From NCBI GenBank assembly GCA_963795085.1, contig CAWCFX010000001.1, positions 96,001 through 160,000 on the forward strand: 64,000 nucleotides of DNA, in the 5' to 3' direction. Below the pieces are notes generated by a model that made no database searches, had not been told where the DNA came from, and was given only the letters and a program-made list of their open reading frames with translations. Both the position numbers and the translations under genes were made by a program. Of the stretch, positions 41,966 through 51,345 are shown piece after piece. Every line of letters begins with the position of its first letter. Position 1 is the first letter of the stretch. Source of the DNA: an uncultured Gemmatimonadales bacterium. Its GTDB lineage: Bacteria; Gemmatimonadota; Gemmatimonadetes; Gemmatimonadales; GWC2-71-9.

Positions 41966-43087
41966 ATGTCGGATCGTTTCTTCAGTTCCGACGACTTCGA
42001 TGAACAAGCCCATCAACTCTATAACGAAGGCAGGTACGACGACGCACTCTCCGTCCTGAACGAGGGTCTCTCCCTCTATCCCCACGCAGTCGAACTCAAC
42101 GTTGGCAAAGCTTACGCCCACATGGCGCGCGAAGAATTCGCCTGGGCGCGGCGCAGCTTCGAGACCTCGCTCTGCCTGGAGCCGGACCACGAGGACGGAC
42201 TGGCCGGCTTCGGGGAAATCCTGCTCAAGCTGGGAGACCGAAGCGGCGCGATCGCCGCGTTCGAACGGATCCTCGCCCTCGGGTTCCAGGACGACCATGA
42301 CCTGATGCTGCAGGTGGGCCGGGCGCTCTTTCGGGAAGGGCTGCTGCACCAGGCCCACCGGTTCTTCGAGCTGGCGGTCAATGCCCAGCCCGAGTCGCCC
42401 GAGGCGGCGGCTTGCACCGGATATGCGTCGCATCGGCTGGGCCACGAAGGCACCGCCCTCTACTGGCTGCGCCGGGCTCTCGAGCTGGATCCTACCCACG
42501 TGGAAGCCCGGATCTACCTGGCTAACCTGCTCTACGACCGGGGTGAATCGGAGGCATCGCTCTATCAGCTCGAGCGAACCCAGCCCGAGGACCATTTCGA
42601 CGAACTGGGACTCTGGCGTTATGTCGAACTCAAGAAGACCCTGTACCGCCTGTCCGACGACGACCCGGAACTCAATCCCTGGATGCAGCGGCTGCTGGCG
42701 GTGGCCGGCGCGCCCGACCAGGTGGACCTGCTCCTCGCCGAGGTTGAAGCCCAGCAGCCTGACGGCTCGGTGCGCGACCCTCACCAGCTGGAGCTCTTCG
42801 GGACCCTGGTGGCGGAACTCCACGCCATGCAGAGGCGGCCCCCGCTGGCCGATGGCCACCAGGTGGCGACCCTGGCCGGGCGCACCTTCCGGGGCAGCTG
42901 GGACGAAATCCTTTTCCAGATGAAGGCCGCGGATGACGACTGGGCCGATGGGTCCCTGGCCGATTTCATGGTCTCCCTGGCCGAGCGGGGCCGGGCCGAG
43001 ACGGGCGTGATCATCCCGACCACCACCGACGCGGAGGTCTTCATCCGGGCCAGTGCCCAGGCGGGGGTGCTGCGCATCATCCAATGA
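41966..43087 (+). CDS. TPR repeat protein
   Basis: Repeated TPR-like helices (ALELDP, YLANLLYDRGE). Confidence 0.85.
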   Translation: MSDRFFSSDDFDEQAHQLYNEGRYDDALSVLNEGLSLYPHAVELNVGKAYAHMAREEFAWARRSFETSLCLEPDHEDGLAGFGEILLKLGDRSGAIAAFERILALGFQDDHDLMLQVGRALFREGLLHQAHRFFELAVNAQPESPEAAACTGYASHRLGHEGTALYWLRRALELDPTHVEARIYLANLLYDRGESEASLYQLERTQPEDHFDELGLWRYVELKKTLYRLSDDDPELNPWMQRLLAVAGAPDQVDLLLAEVEAQQPDGSVRDPHQLELFGTLVAELHAMQRRPPLADGHQVATLAGRTFRGSWDEILFQMKAADDDWADGSLADFMVSLAERGRAETGVIIPTTTDAEVFIRASAQAGVLRIIQ

Positions 43088-43995
43088 TTGACCTTCAAGG
43101 CGTCTCCAAAGTTTACGTCTCTCCCTTCCGGCGGCGCCGGGTCCAGGCCCTGGCGGATTTCACCCTGCAGGTGCCGCGCGGCGAGATCCTGGGCATCGCC
43201 GGACCCAACGGCGCCGGCAAGAGCACCGTCCTCTCGATTCTTCTCGGTTACCTGCATCCCTCCAGCGGGAGCGCCTGGATCGACGGCCGGCGGCCGCGGA
43301 TGTACGTCCAGCAGCAGGGGATCTCCTACCTCACCGAACTGGTCGCGATCCCGCCCCGCTGGACCACTCTCTCAGCGCTTCGGCGCATGGCGGCGATGTC
43401 CAGCCTCCCGGCCCGAGCGGCCCGGGAACGGGTGGAGTACGTCATCAACCTGCTGGGGCTGGCCGAGCACCGCAGCAAGCAGATTCGCCAGCTCTCCAAG
43501 GGGAACCTGCAGCGGGTGGGCATCGCCCAGGCCCTGATCGTCGAATCCGAGGTGGTTATCTTCGACGAGCCGACCCACGGCCTGGATCCGGTCTGGACCC
43601 AGAAGTTCCGCGATGTCGTCGCCGCCCTCCGGTCGCCGGGCCGCACCATCGTGATCGCGTCCCACAACCTGGATGAACTGGAACGGCTCACCGACCGGGT
43701 GGCGATCCTGGGCCGGGGCCGGCTCCAGCGCATCGTGACCAGCGGCGGCGGGCAGAACGGTGGCGCCTACCGCCTGGTGCTCGCGGCGCCCAGCGGGCGT
43801 GTCGTCGAATGCTTCCCCGATGCCATGCCGGTAGAGGGGCGACCGTCTGAATGGCGGGTCCAGGGGGACCTGGAAGACCTGAACCAGCGGCTCCGGCGAC
43901 TCCTCGAGGGCGATGCGGTGCTCACGTCGTTCTATCCCGAGCAGAGTCGTCTCGAGTCCGAGTTTCACGCCGCCGTCCGGGAGCCGGGCCCATGA
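43084..43995 (+). CDS. ABC transporter ATP-binding protein
   Basis: GPNGAGKST, LSKGN, IFDEPTHGLDP. Confidence 0.92.
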   Translation: MIDLQGVSKVYVSPFRRRRVQALADFTLQVPRGEILGIAGPNGAGKSTVLSILLGYLHPSSGSAWIDGRRPRMYVQQQGISYLTELVAIPPRWTTLSALRRMAAMSSLPARAARERVEYVINLLGLAEHRSKQIRQLSKGNLQRVGIAQALIVESEVVIFDEPTHGLDPVWTQKFRDVVAALRSPGRTIVIASHNLDELERLTDRVAILGRGRLQRIVTSGGGQNGGAYRLVLAAPSGRVVECFPDAMPVEGRPSEWRVQGDLEDLNQRLRRLLEGDAVLTSFYPEQSRLESEFHAAVREPGP

Positions 43996-44699
43996 AGGTG
44001 ATTCCGTTCCGTTACCTGCCCTGGATGGCCCGTGATCTCCTGACTACCCAGGGCGCCGTGCTGGCCGCGGTCGGCGTCATGGCCTGGCTTATCGCCCGCG
44101 AGGTGGAAGGAGCGTCCGCCTCCGACGGGCCCCGGTTCGTCGCCATGGCCGTCCAGCAGCTGGCCCTTCTGTTCCTGCTCTACGTCGCCGCGGCGATCGT
44201 CAGTCATGACCGGGTGCACGGATATTACCGCGGCTTTTTTTCCCGCCCGATCAGCCCCGCCGGGTACTATTTCTCCCGCTGGCTGCTCGGCGGACTGGTC
44301 TTTCTGCTCATCGGACCGGTATTCACCCTGGCACTCTCGCTGGCCATCGGCTGGTTTCCCCTCTCCAGGGCGGTGCTGATCCAGCTGGCGCTGAATTATC
44401 TTCTGCTGGGTGGACTGGTGTTCATGTTCTCCGCCTTCACCCGGGGAGACTGGCTGTTCGGCCTCCTTTTCTTCATGGTCGAAAACGTACTCACTGGCCT
44501 TCGCAAAGCGGAGATCGACCTGCCCGCCATCTGGGATTTCGTGTTGAAGATTCTTCCGCCGTTCTCGCTTGCCTCGGTGACCGCCCCGGTGCCTTCGGGC
44601 GCCGACCTGCTGCACGTGATCCTCTATGGATCCGGCCTGGTGGTTGCCGCCCTGCTGCTGCTCCGCTGGCGCCCCCTCGGCGCCGGCGGGCGATCGTGA
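43992..44699 (+). CDS. ABC-2-type permease-like membrane protein
   Basis: ~6 TMs, SRPISP motif; ATGA-coupled to the ATPase gene. Confidence 0.75.
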   Translation: MKVIPFRYLPWMARDLLTTQGAVLAAVGVMAWLIAREVEGASASDGPRFVAMAVQQLALLFLLYVAAAIVSHDRVHGYYRGFFSRPISPAGYYFSRWLLGGLVFLLIGPVFTLALSLAIGWFPLSRAVLIQLALNYLLLGGLVFMFSAFTRGDWLFGLLFFMVENVLTGLRKAEIDLPAIWDFVLKILPPFSLASVTAPVPSGADLLHVILYGSGLVVAALLLLRWRPLGAGGRS

Positions 44700-47248
44700 T
44701 CCGCTGGACCGACCAGGTCCGCCGTGAAGTTCTGCCCAACGGGCTCACGGTCCTGGTCCAGCGCGATGATGCAGCCCCCGTCGCCAGCGTCGTCACCCAT
44801 GTGAAGGCCGGGTTCTTCGACGAACCGGATCGCTGGCAGGGCATCTCCCACGTGCTCGAGCACATGTTCTTCAAGGGTACCAGCCGTCGCGGTCCCGGGG
44901 ATATCGCCCGGGAGACCAAGGCGGCCGGCGGCTACGTGAATGCCGGCACCGGCTACGACCATACCTCCTACTACGTGGTGCTCCCGGCCGCGGGCCTCGA
45001 GGCCGCGATCGACATCCAGGCCGATGCCCTGCGCAACTCGGAAATCGACGCGGGCGAGCTGGCCCGGGAACTCCAGGTCATCATCCAGGAGGCCAGGCGG
45101 AAACTGGATAGCCCCTCCGCGGTGGCACACGAGACCCTGAACGAAGTGATGTTCGACCGGCACCGGGTTCGCCGCTGGCGAATCGGCCACGAAGCCACCC
45201 TCGCCGGTTTCACCCGTGACGATGTCCTGGGTTACTACCGGAGTCGGTATGTGCCGGAGCGGGTCATCGTTTCCATCGTGGCCGCGCGCGACCCCGGCGA
45301 GGCCATGGCGATGGTGCGGGCCGCCTACGCGGACTGGACGCCCGGGTCCGGCGCGATACCTCCCGGCCCGGAGGAGCCCAGCCGCGCGGAGGTCCGGTCA
45401 CGGACTCTGCGGGGAGACGTCACCCACTCCCACCTGGCCCTGGGATGGCGGGGCGTCGCCCCGCTCCATCCCGATGCGCCCGCGCTCGACCTGGCGGCGG
45501 CGGTGCTGGGCATGGGACGGGGTTCGCGGCTCTATCGGGCACTCCGCGAAACCGGGATCGCGACATCGGCCTCCGCCCACTTCTACGCGCCCACCGAGTT
45601 GGGAATGTTCGGGGTCTCGGCCGAGGGCGAACCGGGCCGGATGGAGGAGGTGCTGGAGGCGGCCGGAAGGGAAGTGCGGCGCCTGGTGGAAGAAGGTCCC
45701 GGGGACGACGACCTGGAACGGGCCAGGACCATGCTGCTGACTCGCTGGGCCCGGCGGCTGGAGCCAATGGACGGGCGTGCCGCGACCCTGGGTGAGGCTG
45801 AGGCGTTGAAGCACGTGAGCTACCTCGACGAGGAGTATGCGGCTCTCGCCGCGGTGGACCGGGAGGCAGTGCACGCCGCCGCCGCCCGCTACCTCAAGGC
45901 GGAAACCGTGTCGGGGCTGGTTTATCATCCCCGCGACTCGGGGGCCGACCTCACCATCGAGAGACTGGGGGACGCTTTCCGTTCGCGGATCGCCCCGGGT
46001 AGGAGCCGGGGCCAACAGGTGGCCGGCGTCCATCACATGGAACTGCCCGGCTGTGACCTCCTTCTCCGCCCCAAGGCCGGAGCGCCCACCCTGACGCTCG
46101 GCATCTACCGGCCGCGCCTTACCCAGGAAAACCCGCTGCAGGCCGGGATTGGTGCGCTCGCCCTGCGGGCATCGGTCCGGGGCGCCGGCCCCCATGATGC
46201 CCGCGCGCTGGCGTTCGGGTTCGAGCGCCTGGGCGGTTCCCTCGGCGTCTCCGCGGCGGCCGACTGGCTCGGCTTCAGCACCTCGGTGCTTGCCGCCCGG
46301 GCCGGCGAGGCCGCCGGCCTGCTCCGGCTGGTGTTCATGGAACCGGCACTCGGGGACGACGACGTAGTCCGCGAACGCGATAGCATGGTCGAAGAGGCGT
46401 TGCAGGTGGCGGACGACATGTTCCGCTTTCCCTTTCAACTGGCTTTTCGCAGCGCGTTCGACGCGAGGGGCTACGGGCTGCCGGTTGCCGGGTTGCCGGA
46501 GACGCTGCGCACCCTCGACCCGCAGGCGGTGCGGCGGTTCCACCGGGACGCGATGAGCGGCCGCCCGGTGGTCGTCGCGGTGGGCGACCTGGACCCGGAG
46601 CGGACCGGAGCCATGCTGGCGGAGGTCTTCGAGCCGCTGGGCACCCGCCCGGCCGAACCCCGTCCTGCCCCACAGTCGTGGGGAGGCACCGGCGGCAGCC
46701 CGGTGGTCGAGCGAGAGAAGGCCCAGACCGCCTTCGCCATGGCGTTTCCCGGTCCGGACCGGAGAAACCCGGAGCGCCACGCGGCGGAGGTGTGGGCGGC
46801 GGTCGCGAGCGGTCTCGGCGGGCGTCTGTTCGAGTCACTCCGCAGCCGGCGTTCGCTGGCGTATACCGTGCTGGCCTCGAGCTGGCTGCGGGGCGGTGCC
46901 GGGGCGCTGCTGACCTACATCGCGACCGCGCCCGAACGGGAGGAGGAAGCCCGGACCGAGATGCTGGCGGAGCTGGAGCGGTTTCGGCGGGAGGCGGTGA
47001 CCGGGGTGGAACTGGAGCAGGCCGTCAACTACCTGGCCGGGCAGGCCCAGGTCGCCCGGCAGAGTTCCGCCGCGGTGGCGGGCGAGATCCTCGAAGCCTG
47101 GATCATTGGCGATGGCCTGAAGGAGTTGGAAGATCCGGGCCACGCCTACCGGTCGGTGGATGCCGCGGCTGTGCAGGCGGTAGCAGAGCGATATCTCGAC
47201 GGGCAGCGCCGGGTCGAGGGCGTGGTGCGGGGTCAGGCCTCCCGCTGA
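44696..47248 (+). CDS. M16 family zinc peptidase (pitrilysin-like, fused halves)
   Basis: LPNGL, HVLEH (HxxEH), RLFESLRSRRSLAY. Confidence 0.92.
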   Translation: MIRWTDQVRREVLPNGLTVLVQRDDAAPVASVVTHVKAGFFDEPDRWQGISHVLEHMFFKGTSRRGPGDIARETKAAGGYVNAGTGYDHTSYYVVLPAAGLEAAIDIQADALRNSEIDAGELARELQVIIQEARRKLDSPSAVAHETLNEVMFDRHRVRRWRIGHEATLAGFTRDDVLGYYRSRYVPERVIVSIVAARDPGEAMAMVRAAYADWTPGSGAIPPGPEEPSRAEVRSRTLRGDVTHSHLALGWRGVAPLHPDAPALDLAAAVLGMGRGSRLYRALRETGIATSASAHFYAPTELGMFGVSAEGEPGRMEEVLEAAGREVRRLVEEGPGDDDLERARTMLLTRWARRLEPMDGRAATLGEAEALKHVSYLDEEYAALAAVDREAVHAAAARYLKAETVSGLVYHPRDSGADLTIERLGDAFRSRIAPGRSRGQQVAGVHHMELPGCDLLLRPKAGAPTLTLGIYRPRLTQENPLQAGIGALALRASVRGAGPHDARALAFGFERLGGSLGVSAAADWLGFSTSVLAARAGEAAGLLRLVFMEPALGDDDVVRERDSMVEEALQVADDMFRFPFQLAFRSAFDARGYGLPVAGLPETLRTLDPQAVRRFHRDAMSGRPVVVAVGDLDPERTGAMLAEVFEPLGTRPAEPRPAPQSWGGTGGSPVVEREKAQTAFAMAFPGPDRRNPERHAAEVWAAVASGLGGRLFESLRSRRSLAYTVLASSWLRGGAGALLTYIATAPEREEEARTEMLAELERFRREAVTGVELEQAVNYLAGQAQVARQSSAAVAGEILEAWIIGDGLKELEDPGHAYRSVDAAAVQAVAERYLDGQRRVEGVVRGQASR

Positions 47249-47550
47249 ACCTGGCCGTTCAGCCGCTTCGTGATCACGTCGATCCCGCGCTCCGGGTTCC
47301 CGGGTTCCATGGCCAGGATGTCCACGATGCAGAGCGACTGTTCGGGGACCACGTGGGTAATGACATGTCCGCCGTGGCAGAGCAGGCAGGTTACCGTGCC
47401 GCGGGGGCCGGAACGAACAACGGGCGGCCCATAGGGCGACATGCCGACCGCGGCGGCGGCCGCGATGGCGACGGCCGCCAGCCCCTCAGGATCGGCCAGC
47501 CGGGCGCTGGTGATTCCGGTCAGGGTGGCGACCCGAGAGGTGTAACTCAA
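47233..47550 (-). CDS. AdoMet decarboxylase (SpeD/SpeH)-fold protein lacking the ES cleavage site
   Basis: GTVTCLLCHGGHVITHVVPEQSLCIVDILA aligns by eye to GVxGVVVxxESHxxIHTWPExxYAAxDxFTC; TTG start next to upstream stop. Confidence 0.7.
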   Translation of the reverse strand: MSYTSRVATLTGITSARLADPEGLAAVAIAAAAAVGMSPYGPPVVRSGPRGTVTCLLCHGGHVITHVVPEQSLCIVDILAMEPGNPERGIDVITKRLNGQVQREA

Positions 47551-47551
47551 T

Positions 47552-48331
47552 TCAGGATGTGCTTCCGGGGCCCGGCCGGAAGCTGCAGACGGCGTCATGG
47601 TACCCTTCCGGCACGCCCACGTCGAAAAACCTGGCGCTGGAGGTTACCCCGGCCAGCGCACCCCGCCGGGCCAGGCGCTGGAGTACCGGGACATCGTCCA
47701 GCTCGGCGCCCTCCGGGAGCGACCGGCCGACCGCCTCGAATTCCTGGAAGATATCGCCGGTAAATGCCATCCGGCCGATCGGCGTCATGGCGGATGCCGC
47801 CCCACCCGTCTCGAACCGGCCGGTACCCTTGTCCGCCACGTCGGTTACCATCAGCACCTGGTTCTTCGTCTCCACTTTGGCCTTTCCGGTGGCGCCCTTC
47901 AGCTTCGCATCCGCCTTGGAGATTTCACTCAGGAGCACCGTGGAGTGCCCGGTGCTGGCAAACACCGCGGCGACCCGGGCGCTGGGGTTGTCGCCCAGGA
48001 AGAGGTTATCCGGCAGGACGGCAATGAAGGGAGATCCGGCCAGCGGATCCCGGGCCCGGAGCAGGGCGTCGCCGAGCCCGCGCGGGCGACCCTGGGGGAC
48101 GAATTCGAGTTCCAGCGGGCCCTGCCAGTTGCGGGCGACGGCCTCCACCATGGGGCGGGCCGGGTTGGTGATGATAATGGCGTGCAGCATGCCGGCCCCG
48201 GCTATTTCATCCAGGGTCCAGTGCAGCAGCGGCTTGAGGGCCACCGGAAGCAGTTCCTTGGGAATCCACCGGGTGATTGGTGCCAGGCGGGTGCCCAGCC
48301 CTCCACAGGGGACGACAGCGGTATCGAGCAT
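47552..48331 (-). CDS. Sugar-phosphate nucleotidyltransferase (GalU-like)
   Basis: AVVPCGGLGTRLAPIT, PKELLP, QGRPRGLGDA, LPDN. Confidence 0.88.
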   Translation of the reverse strand: MLDTAVVPCGGLGTRLAPITRWIPKELLPVALKPLLHWTLDEIAGAGMLHAIIITNPARPMVEAVARNWQGPLELEFVPQGRPRGLGDALLRARDPLAGSPFIAVLPDNLFLGDNPSARVAAVFASTGHSTVLLSEISKADAKLKGATGKAKVETKNQVLMVTDVADKGTGRFETGGAASAMTPIGRMAFTGDIFQEFEAVGRSLPEGAELDDVPVLQRLARRGALAGVTSSARFFDVGVPEGYHDAVCSFRPGPGSTS

Positions 48332-48393
48332 GGGACCGGAAGTGCGAGGATCGGGTAGCGGGCTGAGTGCTCAATGCTGAGCGCGGCGTGCCC

Positions 48394-48852
48394 CTAGAAC
48401 ATGGACATGGCCAGCAGGGACCGCAGGTTGTCATTGGTGGCGCGGAGCCGGGTGGAGAGCATCCGGACCACCGACCAGAGCACCTTGAACGCCAGGTCCC
48501 GGTTGAAATCGAGCACCAGCTCGAAATCGGGGCGGGAGATGGTGACCAGGGTGCAGGGGCCGTTGGCGATGGCGTCAGTGGAGCGTTCGGATCGGTCGAA
48601 CACCGACATTTCGCCGAAGCAGGCGCCCGGCTTGAGAATGGCCAGGGCCTCTTCGCCGGAGCCGGGAATGGTGCGGCTGATTCGGACTTCTCCGGCGGCA
48701 ATCACGAAGAGCCGGTTGCCAGGGTCGCCTTCCTTGAAGATTACCTCGCCGGACTTGAACGTCTGCTCCTTGCAGATCTCAGCGACCCGCGAGAGTTCGC
48801 CCTCATCGAGGTCGGCGAAGATCAGGGTCTTCTTGAGGAGGTCGAGGTTCAT
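48394..48852 (-). CDS. Stand-alone cyclic nucleotide-binding domain protein
   Basis: IFKEGD, FGEMSVFDRSERSTDA; no HTH. Confidence 0.9.
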   Translation of the reverse strand: MNLDLLKKTLIFADLDEGELSRVAEICKEQTFKSGEVIFKEGDPGNRLFVIAAGEVRISRTIPGSGEEALAILKPGACFGEMSVFDRSERSTDAIANGPCTLVTISRPDFELVLDFNRDLAFKVLWSVVRMLSTRLRATNDNLRSLLAMSMF

Positions 48853-48861
48853 GGGAGCCAG

Positions 48862-49038
48862 GGGATTGAAGGAATTGAGGGAATTGAGGGAATTGAGGGA
48901 ATTGATGGAATTGATGGAATTGAGCGACCTGTGAATTGGACTTTCATGAGAGAACCAGGGGATCGGTTTTCCGGCAACAATTCCTTCGACCCTTTCAATT
49001 CCCTCAATTCCCTCAATTCCCTCAATTCCCTCAATTCC
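48862..49038. repeat. Inverted pair of 9-bp tandem arrays: (GGAATTGAG)x7, 51-bp spacer, (CTCAATTCC)x7
   Basis: Counted directly at 48862-48924 and 48976-49038 (some copies degenerate). Confidence 0.92.
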
Positions 49039-49052
49039 CTTATCATATAGCC

Positions 49053-49610
49053 ATGACCGGGCCAGTCCATAGTACTTCTCGCCCTGTGGCGGAGCAAGGC
49101 CGCCGCGGGTTTACGACCGCTGATTTTATCACGGTGGTGCGGCTGCCGCTGGCGGTGCTCTTCGTTGTACTGGGTACGCCGTGGTGGCGGTTTCTGGTGC
49201 TGGCCCTGGCGGCGGCCACCGATCTGCTGGACGGCATGCTGGCCCGCCGGTTCGGGGGGTCCCGTTTCGGTGCTGTCCTCGACCCCATCGCCGACAAGCT
49301 CTTTATGGCTTGCGCCTTCGGCGTCGTGCTGTTCTCGGGGCGGCTTCAGTTCTACGAAGTCATCGCCGTCCTGCTCCGAGACATCTGGGCCACGGCCGCG
49401 TTCTTCATTACGGTGGGAACCGGGCGGGCAACCGCCATCCCGGCCCGGCTGGGGGGCAAGGCCGTGACCGTGGCTCAGATGCTGACGCTGCTCGCGTTTA
49501 TCGCCGGTGACGCGATCCTCCGCCCCCTGGCCTGGGCCACTGGTGCCATCGCCATCTATGCCATCTGGGACTATCACCGGGTGGCGAGGGTCGAGGGACG
49601 GAGAATCTAG
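49053..49610 (+). CDS. CDP-alcohol phosphatidyltransferase (PgsA-like)
   Basis: TDLLDGMLARR...GAVLDPIADK. Confidence 0.9.
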   Translation: MTGPVHSTSRPVAEQGRRGFTTADFITVVRLPLAVLFVVLGTPWWRFLVLALAAATDLLDGMLARRFGGSRFGAVLDPIADKLFMACAFGVVLFSGRLQFYEVIAVLLRDIWATAAFFITVGTGRATAIPARLGGKAVTVAQMLTLLAFIAGDAILRPLAWATGAIAIYAIWDYHRVARVEGRRI

Positions 49611-49654
49611 AAAAGGGGGCAAGGGGGCCAATCACCCAAAGCGGAGATCAAGGA

Positions 49655-50065
49655 GTGGCTCAAGAGATCAAACGCATCACTCTCACCTGGGAAAAGGAAC
49701 TCCATTTCCGTGGTGGAGAGGCTGGCAAACCTGGCATCCTGATTGACGGTGACAACGCGATGGGGCCGGGCCCGATGCTGACCTTGCTGCTGGCGGCGGC
49801 CGGGTGCACCGGGGCGGACGTCGTCCTGGTGCTCAAGAAAATGCGGATCGAACTGGAGCGGTTCTCGATGGATGTCGCCGGTACCCGGCGCGAGGCGGAT
49901 CCCCGCCGCTACGTCGCCATCCACTTCACCTACCGGCTGGCCGGAGCCGGCCTCGATGAGAACAAGGCGCGCCGAGCCATCGATCTATCGATTGAAAAAT
50001 ACTGCTCCGTGCTGCACTCCCTCGCCCCGGACATCGCAGTCACCTATGATCTGGAACTTGGGTAG
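49655..50065 (+). CDS. OsmC/YhfA family protein
   Basis: GPGPM, AGCTGADV, LSIEKYCSV. Confidence 0.9.
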   Translation: MAQEIKRITLTWEKELHFRGGEAGKPGILIDGDNAMGPGPMLTLLLAAAGCTGADVVLVLKKMRIELERFSMDVAGTRREADPRRYVAIHFTYRLAGAGLDENKARRAIDLSIEKYCSVLHSLAPDIAVTYDLELG

Positions 50066-50501
50066 GAGCGGGCTCGGCCTGGCCTTTCTGCTCCTCCTGC
50101 CCGGGATAGTCTTCGGCCAGCGGGGCACTGAAACCGGCATCCACGCCTTGGCGACGTTTGCCGATTTCACCTTTGCCGGCGGTGGCGGCCATTTCGGGCT
50201 CCGGCCCGGCGGCCGTACCCGCTTGTCGATCGCCGCCGCGCTGGGGAGCATCGAAGGAGACCTCGCATTCCGGGGGGAGGGAACTGCCCAGTTCCTGCTC
50301 AACCCGGCCAGCCGAACCAGCGGCTTTTATGCCGGGGGAGGTCTGGCAGGGCTAACCGGACCGATCGAGGAGGCGTACCTGGTGCTGGTAGTGGGTATGG
50401 AAACCAGCCCCGGCGGTGGTTCCGGGTGGGTGCTGGAAGGGGGGGTCGGGGGAGGCCTGAGAGTCCTGCTAGGCTATCGATGGCGGCGGATGCGGCGGTG
50501 A
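50046..50501 (+). CDS. Hypothetical exported protein, small beta-barrel-like
   Basis: Signal peptide, alternating Gly/aromatic strands, C-terminal LGYRW. Confidence 0.6.
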   Translation: MIWNLGRSGLGLAFLLLLPGIVFGQRGTETGIHALATFADFTFAGGGGHFGLRPGGRTRLSIAAALGSIEGDLAFRGEGTAQFLLNPASRTSGFYAGGGLAGLTGPIEEAYLVLVVGMETSPGGGSGWVLEGGVGGGLRVLLGYRWRRMRR

Positions 50502-50562
50502 CGGGATTCCCTGAGGGGCGGGCTGCAATTTCCGCCCCCTGATGATCGGTATTCTGCGGGAT

Positions 50563-50838
50563 TTACTCGCTGCTTCCGACGCCGACCGTTTCGGTGGACC
50601 GTGCCTGCACCGGCTGGCAGTACCGCTCGCCCAGCACTCGGAGCTGGCTCAAATCCTCCGGAGTCAGTTCGGTGTAGCGTTCCGCAACATATTGCATTGT
50701 GTCGTCGAACCAGTCTTTCTGATGTTCGGGGGCGGCTTCGAGCACCCCGCACCGCAGAATGTGACTGAACATCTCATCTCGCGCCTGGTTAAAGGCCTGC
50801 GGCACCTCAGGCGTCTGCCGGATCTTCTTTTTAGTCAA
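50563..50838 (-). CDS. Hypothetical protein
   Basis: Strong SD AAGGAGG before TTG; helical, protein-like composition. Confidence 0.75.
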   Translation of the reverse strand: MTKKKIRQTPEVPQAFNQARDEMFSHILRCGVLEAAPEHQKDWFDDTMQYVAERYTELTPEDLSQLRVLGERYCQPVQARSTETVGVGSSE

Positions 50839-50868
50839 ATGCTCCTCCTTGGCTGGTCAGGTGTCCTA

Positions 50869-50898
50869 AATATAGCTTTCTTGCACCGATTGGTGCAA
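50869..50898 (-). promoter_or_regulatory. Sigma70-like promoter overlapped by an 18-bp palindrome
   Basis: Minus strand TTGCAC-N18-TATATT; palindrome TTGCACC-GATT-GGTGCAA at 50881-50898. Confidence 0.5.
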
Positions 50899-51036
50899 AC
50901 CGAACATATCCCGCGATCTCTTCCCCCAATGGATTAGATTCCTCTCCCGCGGTTGCCGATCATGCTGACGCCGATACCTGACGCAAGCGCGAGTTCCGGG
51001 CCAGTCCTGATGCGGCCCGGTTGGAAAGGCTCCATC

Positions 51037-51345
51037 ATGGCTGACCACGACGAAATCTACGGCGCCCAGCGCCAGGCGCGGCTGCTCCAGTTGCTTCGCG
51101 ACCTCGCGGCCAGGATCCGGGAACTCGATACAAACAACCTGTTGCTCGACAAGGTTCCTGAGTTGCTGGGTCTCCTCGGGGAGGCTCGCAGCGAATTGTT
51201 TCACTACGAGGTTCGCATTACCTACGATACGCCCGAGATCGCCGAGAGCCGCCGGATCATCGAGGAGCTCGAGGGCTCGGATTCCCTTTCATTTGATGAC
51301 CCGGAGGATGAAGCTCCATGGCGAAGCCAGCCGAACGAGGAATGA
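51037..51345 (+). CDS. Hypothetical protein
   Basis: Helical acidic protein, coupled to the next gene. Confidence 0.7.
   Translation: MADHDEIYGAQRQARLLQLLRDLAARIRELDTNNLLLDKVPELLGLLGEARSELFHYEVRITYDTPEIAESRRIIEELEGSDSLSFDDPEDEAPWRSQPNEE

Noticed and set aside
48849..49052. ORFs with ELRELR / PSIPSI / PQFPQF repeats
   Set aside because: Artefacts of the 9-bp arrays; the PgsA-like gene starts at 49053.
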